NCBI RefSeq assembly: GCF_009914755.1
Contig: NC_060936.1
Length of the DNA: 64,000 nt
Origin: the human T2T-CHM13v2.0 reference genome, Homo sapiens
Strand: one strand, 5' to 3'
Part shown: positions 1 through 16,382 of the stretch, in pieces
How positions within the stretch are numbered: the stretch's first letter is position 1
How the letters are laid out: each line of letters opens with the position of its first letter
Notes under the pieces: generated by a model
Seen by the model: the letters and a program-made list of their open reading frames with translations, nothing else
Told to the model about the DNA's origin: nothing
The model's database searches: none
Translations under genes and position numbers: made by a program

Positions 1-914
1 GCCATGCCTGACCCAGGAGGCCACTCCCTCAAAGCCTCCAGCAGCCACCAGAAATAGGAGAGACTTGTCTTGCTCAGACACAGGATCCTCATGCGTATCT
101 GGGCCACAGCCCAAAGTACTGACAGTCTAGCTCTCCAATCTTCTCATGTGCACACCTAGGTACCTTCGAGGGCATATGACTGTGTCATACCTGGTTCTCG
201 GGCGTTCATTTCCTCATAGATTGTGTTTTTCAGGGTGATATTTGCCTGGCATGCAACCTTCTACGTGGTGATCCAGGGGCCCGGACGCTTCCATTCTGTG
301 ACTGTGCCCTCCTTTAGGGTCTCTAGGACCTCTGAGTCCTCTGCATTCAGCCTGCAGATGGAGAAAGAGTGGAGAAGATATGCCCTTGTCTTAAGCTCCT
401 TGGCTATTTATTGAGAACATAGCCCCTTTCAGGTGCAAAGCAGGAGCTGAGAAATACTGCCTCCAGCTGGGCTACTGTTTCCAGCATCAGCTGTCCTCTG
501 CAGTGAGAGTGTCAGGAATCTTCATCTCTGCTTCATGGACCAAGAACCACTGTGTCCCATACCACCCTGGGAATGATCCCCCTTTTCTTGCAGAACAACT
601 AAGCTGCCTCCTCCACCCTTAATGAGGGAAACTCTTAATGATTTCCTAACTATGCATATTGTAGCTGGTAAGTCTCTTCCTCTAGAAAACATAGGGAAAA
701 AGCCACAAGTTGACTCTCGAAGCAAGACTCCCCTTCTGTTTTCTATGGTATCTGAACATTAGGAAATAGTCTAGAAGGATGCCATTGCTAGACACTAGGA
801 ACACAGACTCGGAAGGTAGGGTTAGGCGAAGAGTTTCATCTTTTACTTTACACCATTCTGTATATTTGGTTTAAACACTAATGAGCAAAAGAAGTATTAG
901 GCAGCATAGCTATT

Positions 915-1147
915 TATATGAAATTCGAGAATAGGCCAAACAAATTGATTATGATAAAAATCAGAATAGTGGCTATCTCTGGGGAGGAAATGGGTTTTGA
1001 CTGGGAAGAGGCAGGAAATGTTCTCCATCTCAGTGTGAGTGATGGCTACACAGGCGTCCACACAGGTAATTAACCATGGTCTACACTTAAAATTAGCACA
1101 GTTCATGTTCTTTGGCATATATACATTATACCTCAATTTAAAAAAAT
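915..1147 (+). mobile_element. Old L1 (L1ME/MC-like) 3' end
   Basis: ATCAGAATAGTGGCTATCTCTGGGG ... TTATACCTCAATTTAAAAAA terminus. Confidence 0.6.
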
Positions 1148-1190
1148 ATATATATATTAGTTTAAAAATTCCCTGCCCTAATTTACTCCC

Positions 1191-2097
<907 letters not shown>

Positions 2098-2499
2098 CCC
2101 CCCCAAACTTTTAGTGGCCCCTTTTTAAGAATCCTGTTGGAGACATTGATGATGACAGGCAAAGTGTTTCCCTCCCCTTCCACCCCCATAAATTAAACTC
2201 TGCCTTGGGTCCATTAGATGTCCCTGCAGTTGCAGAAAACTGTACAGAAAGGAGCAGGCCCAACATGGTCTCAAAGAGCCCCAAGTTATCACTGAAAAGA
2301 AGTGTGATGTAATAGAAAGAACTCGAACTTGGGAGTCAGCCAGCTCCGTGTTCAAATTCCAGATCTGCCCCTTAGCTGCAAGATCTAGGCAAGTGACTTA
2401 GGCTTTCTGAGCTTCTGTTTCCTCCTTATAAAGTCACTTTCATGTGGTTGAGGTAAGAGGTGAATGAAATACTTCTGCCTCAAATACTCCTTGATGAGG

Positions 2500-2918
2500 T
2501 GATATAGTTTGGATCTGTGTCCCCGCCCAAATCTCATATCAAATTGCAATCCCCAATGTTGGAGGTAGAGCCTGGTGAGAGAGAATTGGATCATGGGGCT
2601 GTGTTTCTCATGAATAGATTAGCATCATCCCTGCTGATTCTGTTCTCATGATAGTGAGTGAGTTTGCCTGAAATCTGGTTGTTTAAAAGTGTGTAGCACC
2701 TCCCCTCTCTCTCTCTTGCCTGTGCTCCTGCCATGTAAGACACCTGCTGCTCCTTTGCCTTCTGCCATGACTGAAAGCTTCCTGAGGCCTCCCCCAAAGC
2801 AGAAGCTGCTATCCTTCCTGTACAGCCTGCAGAACCGTGAGCCAATAAAACCCCTTTTCTTTATAAATGACCCAGTTTCAGGTATTTCTTTATAGCAACA
2901 TGAGAACGAACTAATACA
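2500..2918 (+). mobile_element. MSTA-like MaLR solo LTR
   Basis: TGATATAGTTTGGATCTGTGTCCCC ... GAACTAATACA. Confidence 0.88.
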
Positions 2919-3529
2919 GAAAAATGAGGGATGAATCTGATGTGAGCAATGCATATTTGAGATCGACCATGTCCAGCCCTTGCTCTGTGCATGGCGTGAA
3001 GAAGGAGGGGCTCGCGTTTCCTGCCCTTCCACAGCCATCAGCAGGGAAGACAAAGTGGCCAAGAGATGCTCACTTCTCTATGGAAGTGTCAGCTGCCCCA
3101 TGACCAGTGATGTCTTTGCCAAGTGATAAGTCACCGAGCTGGAAGTGGCTGAGCAGAATAGTGCTAAGAGCTAAGAGTGCTAAGCAGAGTCAGTCAATCC
3201 TTGTGACACCCCAGCTTCCCCATTCAGTCACTAAGAGACCCAAGGAAAAGATTCTGCCTCCCTGTGCTTTAGCCTCTTTACCTGTAAGGTGAGAACAGCA
3301 AGACCACCGACCAAACACACTAATACCCTTAAAGAATTTTGGACTTGGCACAGAGTCAGAGCTCCACAGGAGCTTCACAATAAGGCCACTGCTTTTTGCA
3401 AACATCTCCCTTGTCATCCTGACATTGCAAAGGCCACCTGTTGGCTGTGGCCTCTCCCTTCCCTGTCTCTGTCATAGGCCTTTTTCTGTTCTGTCTGCGG
3501 TAGCTTCGCCACAGCCTTAGCCATAGCAG

Positions 3530-4190
3530 CAGTTGTTTGTTTTGTTTGTTTTTATTGTTTGACCAACATCTACCCAATCCCCCCATCCCCTAGCCCCTGT
3601 AACTACCATTCTACTCTCTGCTTCTATGAGTTCAACTTTTTTTCAGATTCTACGTATAACTGAGATCTTGCAGTATTTGTCTTTCTATGCCTGGCTTATT
3701 TCACTTAACATAATGTCCTCTAGGTTTATTCATGTTGTTGCAAATGACAAGATTTCCTTCTTTTCTTTACAGCTGAATGTTATTCCACTGTGTATACATG
3801 CCACCTTCTCTTTATTCATTCATCCACTGATGAACACTTAGGTCGTTTGCATACATTGTGACTATCGTGAATAGTGCTTCAATGAACATGGGAGATATCT
3901 CTTTGACATATTGATTTCACTTCCCTTGGATATGTACTCAAAAGTGGGATTGCTGGAATCATATGGTAGTTCTATTTTTAATTTTTTTCAGGAATCTCCA
4001 TACTATTTTCCATAATGGTTGTACTAATTTACATTCCCACCAACAGTGTACAAGGGTTCCCCTTTCTCCAACACTTGTTATCTTTTGTTTTTTTGATAAT
4101 AGCCATTCTAACAGGTGCAAAGTATAGTTTTAATCTGCATGTGCCTGATGATTCGTGATACTGAGCATTTTTTCATATACCTGTTGGCCA
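3530..4190 (-). mobile_element. L1 (L1MA/MB-like) 3' fragment
   Basis: GCCTGGCTTATTTCACTTAACATAATGTCCTC, GGGATTGCTGGAATCATATGGTAG. Confidence 0.8.
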
Positions 4191-5249
4191 TGCCAGCAGT
4201 TTCCCAGTTACTTCCTACTGCCTGTACTTTTTCCTTTTCTAGCTATTATCACATATTTCTTCAGTTCATAAATATAGCATTAAAAAAATCATGGGCTCCT
4301 TTCCTCTCCCATCTGGCACCACTGTGATGTGTCCCCCAAGGAACTGGAGTCTAGGCCCGAATGCAGTCTAGGATAAGGAATAGGAAAATGAATTCTTTTG
4401 TTATAACCTTTTACTTGATGCAGTTTTTGGAGAGGAAGCTTGTCACTTTCTGCTTCCTGCAGCTCTGTGTCAGGGCTGTGATTTCAGGCCTTTTTAAGGC
4501 TGCAAATAGGCTTGACCCATCTGGCAAATCTCAAAGTCAACTTTCCCTATAGTGTGCCAGCACTCTGAACTGGAGTTATTTAAATTCAACCTTCTGCCTG
4601 ACCTGGAGGAGAAAAAATAAATAGCAGAGTGTTGCTTTATGGGTTCAAACTAAGACCCCAATGCTGAGGATGAGATGATGTAAACAGGAGGGCCTGGGAG
4701 AGGAGATGTATTTTCTCCCAGGTCATTTGCACATTGTTTAATGTGCCAGAAGAAATAATTTGGAAGAACCTTTTGAACCTGAAAGAATGTCCCCAAAGTA
4801 AGTGGGTATTTTTAAAAACTCTGTATGGCCTTCTCCTCATTTAAAATTTCACTGCTCTCTGGGAGGCAGAAAAAATCTTTTACCCATCCTGTATCTTCTT
4901 TTTTCTTCCTTGCTGTCAAAATCAAACTCCCATTATAGAGTTTGAAAATGCCATATATTTGCTTCCTCCACCTCTCTTGCAGCCCAGCATGGGCATGTAA
5001 CCTAATTTCAGGCAATGGAATTTGGAGAAATCTGATACCAGGGGTTCTAAGGAAGGTTTCTCTCCTAATAAATAAGAAGCCCATGGAAAGCCTTCCCTTC
5101 TTATTTGTTGAACAGGTGGCTGCCTGTAACGTCCCAGGCACATCTTGTCTCCATCCTTTCTCTTAAATGTGGGGAACTTCTTCTGGGGTCAGGCCTACCT
5201 GACCCTGTGCCCACTCTTAGAAATCTCAGCCACTCACATGGCTTTATCT

Positions 5250-6261
5250 GTGTGATATTGTGAAATATCTATTTGGTCTTCATCCAGCTTCTAAAATCCT
5301 TGAAATCTCCAGAATGGTAACAGTGTCTTTTGCATAAGAAGATGGCTTCAGGATGAGGGCTGGTCACCAGTAAAACCAAGACATGAATAAAGGGTTGGAA
5401 CTTTCAACCTTACATCCTGACTTCCAGAAAGCGGCTGAAGGTCGAGGTTGATCACCAATAGCCAATAATGTAATCAATCATGCCTATGTAATGAAGCCTC
5501 CATAAAAACCCAAAAGGACAGGTTTCAGATGAGCTTCCAGATAGTTAAGCATGTGGAGGTTCCTGGAGAGGGCATGGAAGTTCCATGCCCCTTCCCCCAT
5601 AACTTCCCCTATGCAACTCTTCCATTTGACTGTTCATCTGTACCCTTTGCAATATCCTTCATACTAAACTGAGAAATGTAAGTGTATTTGTCTGTTCTCA
5701 CGCTGCTAATAAAGACATACCCAAGACTGGGTAATTTATAAAGAAAAAGAGGTTTAATGGACTCAGAGTTCCACATGGCTGGGGAGGCCTCACAATCATG
5801 ACAGAAGACGAAGGAGGAGCAAGGACACGTCTTACATGGCAGCAGGCAAGAGAGTGTGTGCAGGAGAGCTCCCCTTTATCAAACCATCAGATCTCATGAG
5901 ACTTATTCACTATCATGAGAACAGCACGAGAAAGACCTGCCCCCATGATTCAATTTCCTTGTACCAGGTCCCTCCTACCACACGTGGGGATTATAGGAGT
6001 GACAATTCAAAATGAGATTTGGGTGGGGGACACAGCCAAACCATATTAGTAAGTAAGCATTTCCTTGAGTTCTATGAGCAGCTCTAGCAATTCAATTGAA
6101 CCCTAGGAGGGGGCTGTAGGAACCCCAATTTATAGCCACCCAGTCTAAAGCACAGGTCACAGTCTGAGGCTTGCAACTGGCATCTGAAGTGGGGGGCGAT
6201 CTTGCGGGACTGAGCCCTCAATCCCTGGGACCTGATGCCATCTCAGGTAGATAGTGTCAGA
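5250..6261. mobile_element. MER21-like LTR interrupted by THE1
   Basis: GGGCTGGTCACCAG, GATCACCAAT, AATCAATCATGCCTATGTAATGAAGCCTCCATAAAAACCC, ending GGTAGATAGTGTCAGA. Confidence 0.7.
5683..6048 (-). mobile_element. THE1 (THE1B-like) solo LTR
   Basis: GCTGCTAATAAAGACATACCCAAGACTGGG ... GACACAGCCAAACCATA; 5-bp TSD GTAAG at 5678-5682 and 6049-6053. Confidence 0.9.
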
Positions 6262-8283
6262 TCTGCAAATGTGTTGATAACAGAGTATGCTTATTTCAGT
6301 AATTCAGCAAACATTTACTGAGCACCTACTTTATGCCATGTTCTAAAAGCGAGGACAAGATAGGCAAGGTCTCTACATCCATGAAACTTACAATCTAATA
6401 GGCTTCTAGCACAATAACTGTCTCCACTTGGCTTTTCTGTTTGGTGTCCTAACTATTCCTGACATAACACATCTAAAGTTAAACTCACTCTCTTTTCTCC
6501 GAAACTGACTTCTCTATTTCTGGTCATGGATCCCAGGTTCAAAATCATGACATCATCTTTGTCTCTTCATTCACCCTTGTTGCCAGCATACCTCATTTCT
6601 ATTTAGTCATTAAGTCTACTCCCAATAAGTGCCAGGAGCTGGAGCTACAAAGATACATAATGGTCCCTGATACATACACATATATATAATCACAATACAG
6701 AGTAAGATGTGCAACAATAGAGGTCCATGGTAGATGAGAGGGGAAAGTGTCTCAATTCTTGAGAAAGCCAGGAAAGGAGAAAACGAGGAGAGTAAGAAGA
6801 GACAAAACTGAAAATAGAATCTTGGAAAATACTAATATTTACAGGGTTGAACAGTGTCAGATGGGCAGAGAAGTCAGGTTATGATAAGGCCTGAAAATGT
6901 CTTGTGGTTTTGTAAACTAGGAGGTGATCTTGGTGAGAACAGTTTCAGTGGAGTGGCGGGTTAGCCACTCCAAGAATGAATGGAAGATAGTGAGGAGGAC
7001 TGGTTTAACATTTCTAGCATCTATTCTTCCTTCTGGGAACATTGTCTTGAGTTTCCTTTGGGGCCACCCCTTTCCCTCTCTAACCATGCTCGGGTGGAGG
7101 TGGCCCCACCACTAGATCCAGGGCCCAGCCAACAAAATCACCACATATCCATGCCCATTGGAGATTTGTTCAGGGGTGGAATCATGACCAAGACTGGGCC
7201 AATGAGAAATCCATTGCTGGAACTCTCAGGAAACAGGTGCTCTTGTTCTACACCAGTTTGAAGCTCAGGATCTCACCTTGTCAGAGCTGGACTATTGCAT
7301 CAGTCCTTTTACTAGTCTCCTTGTCTTCGAATTCTTCATATCAACCAAAGCTTCCAAGCTCTTCTTTTCAACACTGCTTTTACATTATTCAAAAACTATT
7401 GAGCACCCACCATTAAATTCATGGCACTTAGTGCTTCATATTCCATTATCTGGAGCAAGTCTACCTTTCCTTGTACCTCCCTGTCATCAAAGCTTTACAT
7501 ATCTTTCCTACTCCTGGACTGCCTACCCGTTTCCTTTCTACTATTTAAATCCATCTCATCTTTCAATGTCCTAGCTCAAACGTCATCTTCCTCCATCTGG
7601 TACCAGTATCACTTGACAGCAATTTTTGGAAAATATGATTTATTGTCTAGTTTTATTACCTCTCATTTTACATCTTTAGTTTTTTTCTCTCCCAATTACC
7701 TTGCAGGAAATATGAAGGCAATAGCCATGTCATAATTATTGGTATACTGTGAGGCATTGATAACAGAGCTCTGTACAGCCAACACTCAAAATTTTCACAG
7801 AATAATGAATAGACATTTTCGGTTCAGCAGCAGGTGGCAAGAAATGGAGATTAATGTAAAGCTACCATTTATATGATGAGAAGAGATGTGGTCAGCAGTG
7901 AAGAGAGGGAAAAAAAATTTAATGGATACAAATAGTCTGGTCAAGAAGATAGAGCTAGGAGCATTGTAAGTGGAAAATTTTTGTGCAAAGTCAAACTTGA
8001 CAAGGCAAGGAGATAAACCCAAAACAACAGGATGGGGGCCACAGGGACAAGCTCTGAAAATGCTGGAGTGTCTGTAATCCAAAGGGTGGTGAGAAGCGCA
8101 AAGAGAAGCTAAGTGACTTCAAGGATCAGCATAGCCAGTGACTTCAGCAGCAAGGACTCACATGACTCAGAGCAGGAAGAGGTTGTGAGGACCCTGGGAG
8201 ATGGCACTTATTGGACAAATAGTACTTACATTTTATCACTCTCTTTAACTCCCTCCAAAGCTCCTCTAGAAGAATGAAGAAAA

Positions 8284-9125
<842 letters not shown>

Positions 9126-9834
9126 CTAAGGAACTGTTCCCTCCTCCTCAATCTCTTCTATTGGATCTTCTTTATCTTCCTGACTTTTGAGCACCAGAGG
9201 GTCCTAGAGCTTCATTCTCAGGCTCTTTTTGTCTAGATTTGCAGTCAGGTACTGGGGGGAGTCTCATCCAGATTCAGAGCTTGAAATACCTTTTATGAGT
9301 TGATGATATCCAGTTTTGTATCTCAAGCCATAACCTCTCTCTTCTCCCTTAAATTCTAGAATCACAGGTCTACTGTCCATTCTATATCTCCACCTGGATG
9401 ACTAATCATCATTCCAAGCTTGACAGTTCAGAAGTGAGCTTTTACCCCTCTCCCATCCCACCACTGAACTCTACTGTGCTTCCATTCTTGGCCATTTCTG
9501 TAAATTACTACGCCACTCTAACAGCTGTCAGGCCAAACTCTTTGAATCAACCTCGTCTGTACTCTTTCTCATACCTGACATCCAATCCATTAGCAAATTT
9601 GGTCAGCGTTGCCTTAAAAATATATCTTGACTCTGAAATGTGTCTCTTCACTGCCACCATTACCACCCTAGTCCAGTCTACTCTCATTTCTGACCTGGAC
9701 TATAATCATGAACTTTTAATTGGTCTTTGTGCTTTCACCTTTGTGGTCGCCTCCAGTCTCTTCCCACAGAGCAGCCAGAGTTATCCCTCTGAAGTGTGAG
9801 TAAAGTCTCATTACTCATCAGCTCAAAACCCTCT

Positions 9835-10407
9835 GTATTAGTTAGGGCTCTCCAGAGAGACAGAGCAATGGGATATATATAGATGTAGATACATGAGAGG
9901 GGACTTACGAGGAGAATTGGTTCATGTTATTATAGAGGCTAAGTTCCACTATAGACGGTCTGCAAACTGGAGGCCCTGGGATGCCAGCAGTGTGACTCAG
10001 TCCAAGTCTGAAAGCCTTAGAACTAGGGAAGACAATGGTGTAATTGTCAGTCCAAGGCTGAAGCCCTGTGAACCTGGAATGGCTGCTGATATACATGCTG
10101 GAATATCCTAAGACCAGAGAGTCTGGGATTCTGATGTCCAAAGGCAGGAGGAGAAGAGTGTATCCAGCTCCAGGAGAGAGAATGAGAGACAAATTCCCTT
10201 TTCCTAGGATCGTGTTCTATCTGGGCCCTCAGCCAGTTGGATGGTGCCCACCCACATGGAGGGCAGATCTTCCCGACTTAGTCCACTGAGACTCACATGC
10301 CAATCTGCTCTAGAAACATCCTCGAAGACACACCCCAAAATAATGTTTTGCCACTTCTCTGGGTATTCCTTAATCCAGTCAAGTCGACACTCTAAATTAA
10401 CCTTCAC
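9835..10407. mobile_element. MLT2 (ERVL) LTR
   Basis: TGTATTAGTTAGGGCTCTCCAGAGAGACAG ... CAAGTCGACACTCTAAATTAACC. Confidence 0.8.
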
Positions 10408-10419
10408 GTCCTCCGATAA

Positions 10420-11121
<702 letters not shown>

Positions 11122-11724
11122 TCACTCAGGGTCAAATCCAAAGTCCTCACAAAGGCCTTTTAGGCCCTGCATCCTTGGACCTCTGCCACCCCTCAACCTC
11201 CTCTTCCACCACTCTTTGCCCCTACCATACCACTCTGCTGCAGCCACACTGACCTTGCGATTCCCCAGACAAGTCAAGGACACTCCCGCTCAAACATGCC
11301 TAGCACTGTCCTGCCTTAGGCCTTTTCATTGGCTGTTCTTTCTGCCTGAAGTATTTTTCCCCCTAGAAGTTTGCATGCTTATCTCTTTTACTTTATTTAG
11401 TTCTCTACTCAAAAGTCACTGTTAGAGCAGTCATTCCATAGCTAACATAGCACCTCATAACCCCTCCATTGTTCACAATCCCTTACCCAGATTTATGCTT
11501 TAAAGCACTTATCACAGACTGACTCTTTTTTCCATTCACTCAGTTATTGTCACATTCTCCCCATTAGAATGTAAGCTCTCTGAGAACAAGGATGTTGTTT
11601 GTTCCACTGATAGATCCTAGTTTCCTAGAACCATACCTAGCATACAGTAGGCACTCAATAAGTATTTTTCTTGAATGAATAAATGAATGAATGACATTCT
11701 TAGCAAGTGCCAAAAGATAGTATC

Positions 11725-12139
11725 TGTATTAGTCTGTTCTTGTGTTACTATAAATACCTGAGGCTGGGCAATTTATGAAGAAAAGAGGTTTAGTTCTGCA
11801 GGATGTACAGGAAGTATGGTGCCAGCATCTGCTCAGCTTCCAGTGAGGCCTCAAAGAGCTTTTACTCATGGCAGAAGGCAAAGAAGGAGCAGGCACATCA
11901 CATAGTGAGAGAGGGAGCAAGAGCGGTGGCGGGGTATAGGAGATGCCAAGCTCTTTAAACAATCAGTTCTCATGTCAACTACCAGAGAGAGAACTCACTC
12001 ATTATCATGGGGATGGCACCAAACCATCCATGAGGGATCAGCCCCCATGATCCAATACCTCCTACCAGACCCCACTTTCAACACTGGGGATTACATTTCA
12101 ACATAAGATCTGGAAGGGACAAGCATCCAAGCCATATCA
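11725..12139 (-). mobile_element. MSTB-like MaLR LTR
   Basis: TGTATTAGTCTGTTCTTG ... CATCCAAGCCATATCA. Confidence 0.85.
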
Positions 12140-13734
12140 GTAACCCAAAAGACTGTTTAGGTAACTGCCTAATTTCTGGATAAGTAAAAATAATTCTCTT
12201 GGAAGAGGCATGCTGAACCCAGTTGCTTTTGTATTTTGTTTTGGGGTTTTGTTTCTTTTACTAATTCTGAAAAACATGTTCATGACAAAAACACAGCTAA
12301 TACCAAAAAGTAAAGAAAAAAATAAAGGACACTCAATTCCACAATTACTACTGTAGATATCAGAAGGTTTTATTCAAGTTTTTTAATGTATATTCATTCT
12401 TCTTAGCCTGAGGGCTCATAAAAGCAGAGCCTGAGGCAAGGATTACAGCACTGATACTTTAATTGGGAAGTGCAAGCACAGGGTTGAAAGGAGAAGAGAA
12501 AAGGCCAGGCGAGACAAGGAAAGATGCAAACATGATTGTGGGATGTTGATTTTCAACCCTACTTCAGAACTGGGAAGAAAAGGATGGGAATAAGGGAAAT
12601 CAAAATGCCACAAAACTCACTGCTTTTATTGAAATTCAGCTATTTTTCTTGAATCAACATTCTCTGGTCAATGCTGACAATTGTGCTAGCTTTCTTCTTG
12701 TTGCTTTCATGGTGGAGAGAATTTTTGGAGATCCTTACTCTTCCATTTTTCTCTGACATAACTCACACAGTTTTATGCATTTTTTTATTACACATGAGCA
12801 TTTTCCATATCCTTAAGTATTCTCCAAAAAGATAGAGGTTAATGGATGTATATTATCGATATTTATTTAATCATTCTTCTATATTGAACTTTTACATTAT
12901 CTTCTAGTTTTCTCCTTATAGATAATACCTTGATACATATTCTTTGACCATATCTTGGATTACTTTCTTGTGCTAAATTGATAGCAATGGAACTACTTAC
13001 TGAATTAAAGACTATGAACATTTTTAAGCTGTCTGAGTTAGGTAGTAATAGAAAGTTAGGTTGATTACAGAGGAGATCTACCAAAAAAACAACAAAAAAG
13101 TAAACTGCAAGTAATAGAAAAACTAACAACTAGGATTTATTACTTACATAACCAAGAAATATGAAGGAAGATAGGGAGATATAATCAAGAAATTAGACTT
13201 TTTATTTTTTTGCTCCAACTTCTTCAGAATGTTGACTTTTCATCCAGGTACTTATTTGCCTCTTGGCAGCAAATGTCTCCCAGCATCACACTGTCACACA
13301 AAATTCAGGAAGACAGGGGTATATGAAGCCAGGACAGTGAGAGAGGCTCTTTACATACCACTCTTTAGGAAAGAAAATGTTTACCAGAAACCCCCCACAG
13401 GAGAATTCTCCTCAGGGCTTATTTCCAAGTACTGAGTCTTGTGGTCATCATTAACTGTTGGGTAGGCTAGGTAAACAAGTATCTGGTCTTTTCCACATTC
13501 AATAGTGAAATTAGACAAGATTTGATATAGGTGTTGAATTGGAACTGTATTAGATAGCAAAAGCCACAACAGTGCTGTGTAACAAACCATCCCAGAACTT
13601 AGGTGTAAAAAACAGTAAGCATTTATTTCATGTTCACAGTTTGGATTAATTGAAGCCTGTCTGATCTATGTTGGGTTTGGCTAGCCTTGTCTGTGGGAGG
13701 GCTCAGGTCTGTTCTATGTGTGATCATTATTGGG

Positions 13735-14778
13735 TTTTTTTTTTAATTTACTTTTTAAATGTTTACAATTTAATAAATCTCTTCATTGCAGACATGTATG
13801 GCTGTTTGGTAGTATTCAGAAACATCACAGCAATGGCAGTTTTTCCAATTGGTGTGTAGTCCTCAATAATTATATATAAAATTGCTGTCAAATCAGTAAG
13901 ACTGCATTTATGCATGCATCATTTTCAGGATTGTTAGTAACCTGGGCATAATTTCCCCAAATAACTTTGCCTCCTTGCATCACAAGGCCCAATTCGCTCA
14001 TATTTACTTCAATGACAGTACCTTTGGTAATAACATCGAAAGTTGTATACAGTGGGGACAAGGGGCTCTTCTTTACACCAAGTATTCGTAGGCAAAAGGT
14101 GGCTTTCATTTCAGGATGTGTTACATGGGCTTTCTTGAAATGCAAGCCCATTGGCCTGATGAATCTTTCATATTTAGGTGGTTTTCTTGTAAACCCATCT
14201 CCAACAAAGCAGACTTTAGTAACCATCCTCTTCCATGCCTTCTTCTTTCTCTTTCCTGTTCGAATAACTTTTAATACTTCTGTTTCTCCCTGGGCACGTA
14301 CTTTAGGCAGAGGGACTTCCCATTTTCCCACTTTCTCTTTTCGTTTCTGTTTAATCCTATTGGAAAGTACTTTAGCTCGAGATTGTTCCTCTCTGTCCAG
14401 CAGATAGGCAGGTACTGCTCCCTGTGGAGTCTTTTCATCATTCTTTTGTTTGATGTTTCTCTTTTCATGCATCTTGATAGTCTTTTCATTTGTATTTTCT
14501 CAGCATGGCGCTGTTTATGGTAAAGCTTAGCCTTCAGACCAATCATTTTCTTTGCCTTCTTTGAACATTCATGAGCCTCTCGACTTTCCTTCTTTCCCTT
14601 TTTCTCATGGTAATCCAAATGGTATCCATAGTGTTTACAGTGTAATTCAATATATTCGTTCTGTGGCATGGTGACAGCCACAGAGCTGCCAGGAGCAGTC
14701 CCTGGGGTGCGAAAACGCTCTCCATTTTTGGGTCTCAGAGACCCACGAGCCCACGCCGCACAGGCCGGGACAGGAAAG
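13735..14778 (-). pseudogene. NSA2: NSA2 (ribosome biogenesis factor, TINP1) processed pseudogene, full length, one frameshift
   Basis: ORFs 14271..14681 ([10 protein letters not shown]...) and 13888..14472 (MHEKRN...NAVLL) join into NSA2 across a 1-nt loss in an A-run at ~14483-14486. Start codon at 14669, intronless. ATTAAA at 13769-13774 (minus), poly(A) remnant 13735-13744, TSD CATTATTGG(G)TTTT at ~13725 and 14779. The symbol is that of the parent gene. Confidence 0.95.
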
Positions 14779-14836
14779 CATTATTGGTTTTGTTTTTACT
14801 TTTTATTTTAAAACAAAATATAAATAAAGAAAACAG

Positions 14837-15310
14837 CTGGGTATGGTGGCTCACACCTGTAATCCTAGCTACTTGGGAGGCTGAGGCAGGAGAATCGCTT
14901 GAACCCCAGAGGTGGAGGTTGCAGTGAGCTCAGATAGCAACACTGCACTCCAGCCTGGGTGACAGAACAAGACTCTGTCTCAAAAAGAAAAAGAAAGAAA
15001 AGAAAAAAGAAAAAAAAAAAAGAGAGAGAGAGAGACAGTGTCTCCCTCTGTTGCCCAGGCTGGAGTGCAGGAACACAATCATAGCTCACTATAACCTCAA
15101 ACTCATAGGCTCATGTGATCCTCTCCTCTTGGCCTCCCAAGTAGGTGGGACTACAGGTGCACACCACTATATCCAGTTATTTTTATTTTTTTATAGGGAT
15201 GGGGTCTCCCTATGCTGCTCAGGCTGGTCTCGAACTCTGAGCTCAAACAATCCTCCCACCTCAGCCTTCCAAATAATTAAGATTACAGGTGTGAGCCACC
15301 ACACCTGGCC
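14837..15310. mobile_element. Tail-to-tail Alu pair: internally deleted + strand monomer (14837-15020) and AluJ on - strand (15034-15310)
   Basis: Alu consensus motifs in opposite orientations separated by an A/AG tract. Confidence 0.85.
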
Positions 15311-15635
15311 TCCGTCATCTGCTAGTGGTTACCCAGTAGTATAGTTTATATAGGAAAGTCAGGATAACGCCCAATTCCTTTCCTTTATTTATCCATTTTT
15401 TGAAATAATGAATTAATTGTTATCCTTCAAAGGAGACCAATTTTTTATTACTATGAATTCAGAAATGTAAATATATTCGATGTATTTCAGTTCATTCCAA
15501 TTCTTGTCCTTATTGAAGCTAAAATTGTCTGATTTGTGGCCACTAGGAATCTCTTCAAGTTGACGCCTGAGTCATTTTGAAATGACCCTAGTAGTTGATA
15601 GAGTCCTTGCTATCTGGTATTACAAAATGTTCTAG

Positions 15636-16018
<383 letters not shown>

Positions 16019-16242
16019 TCATTTATCCAAGAAGCTCTGGTTTTCTTTTAGTGAAAAGTGTAATTTCTTTATCACAAGCTGGGCTCCAGGGATGCCCTAT
16101 GTTACTTGGTAGACTTGTCAATATATGGGGGCTATTTTAGTAAACAGAACTAGAGAATATATTTTGAAGGTAAAAAACATTTCATGACTTGACAGCGATA
16201 TTTCTAATTCACACTCAAGTCTACAGTGCTATGCCTTAACAT

Positions 16243-16382
16243 TTTTTTTGTTTGTGTTTCTTATAGAGAGAGTGTCTCGCTATGTTGCCCTGGCTGGTCT
16301 TGAACTCCTGAGCTCAAATAATCCTCTCACCTCAGCCTCCCAAAGTGGTAGAATTACAGGCATGAGCCACCATGCCTGGGCC
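16243..16382 (-). mobile_element. FLAM/Alu left monomer
   Basis: Single arm; flanks (G/C)CCTTAAC. Confidence 0.8.

Noticed and set aside
5571-5591. Perfect hairpin GGGCATGGAA-G-TTCCATGCCC
   Set aside because: Lies inside the MER21-like LTR and appears to be a family feature, not locus-specific
13967-14407. 146-aa plus-strand ORF
   Set aside because: Antisense shadow of the NSA2 pseudogene
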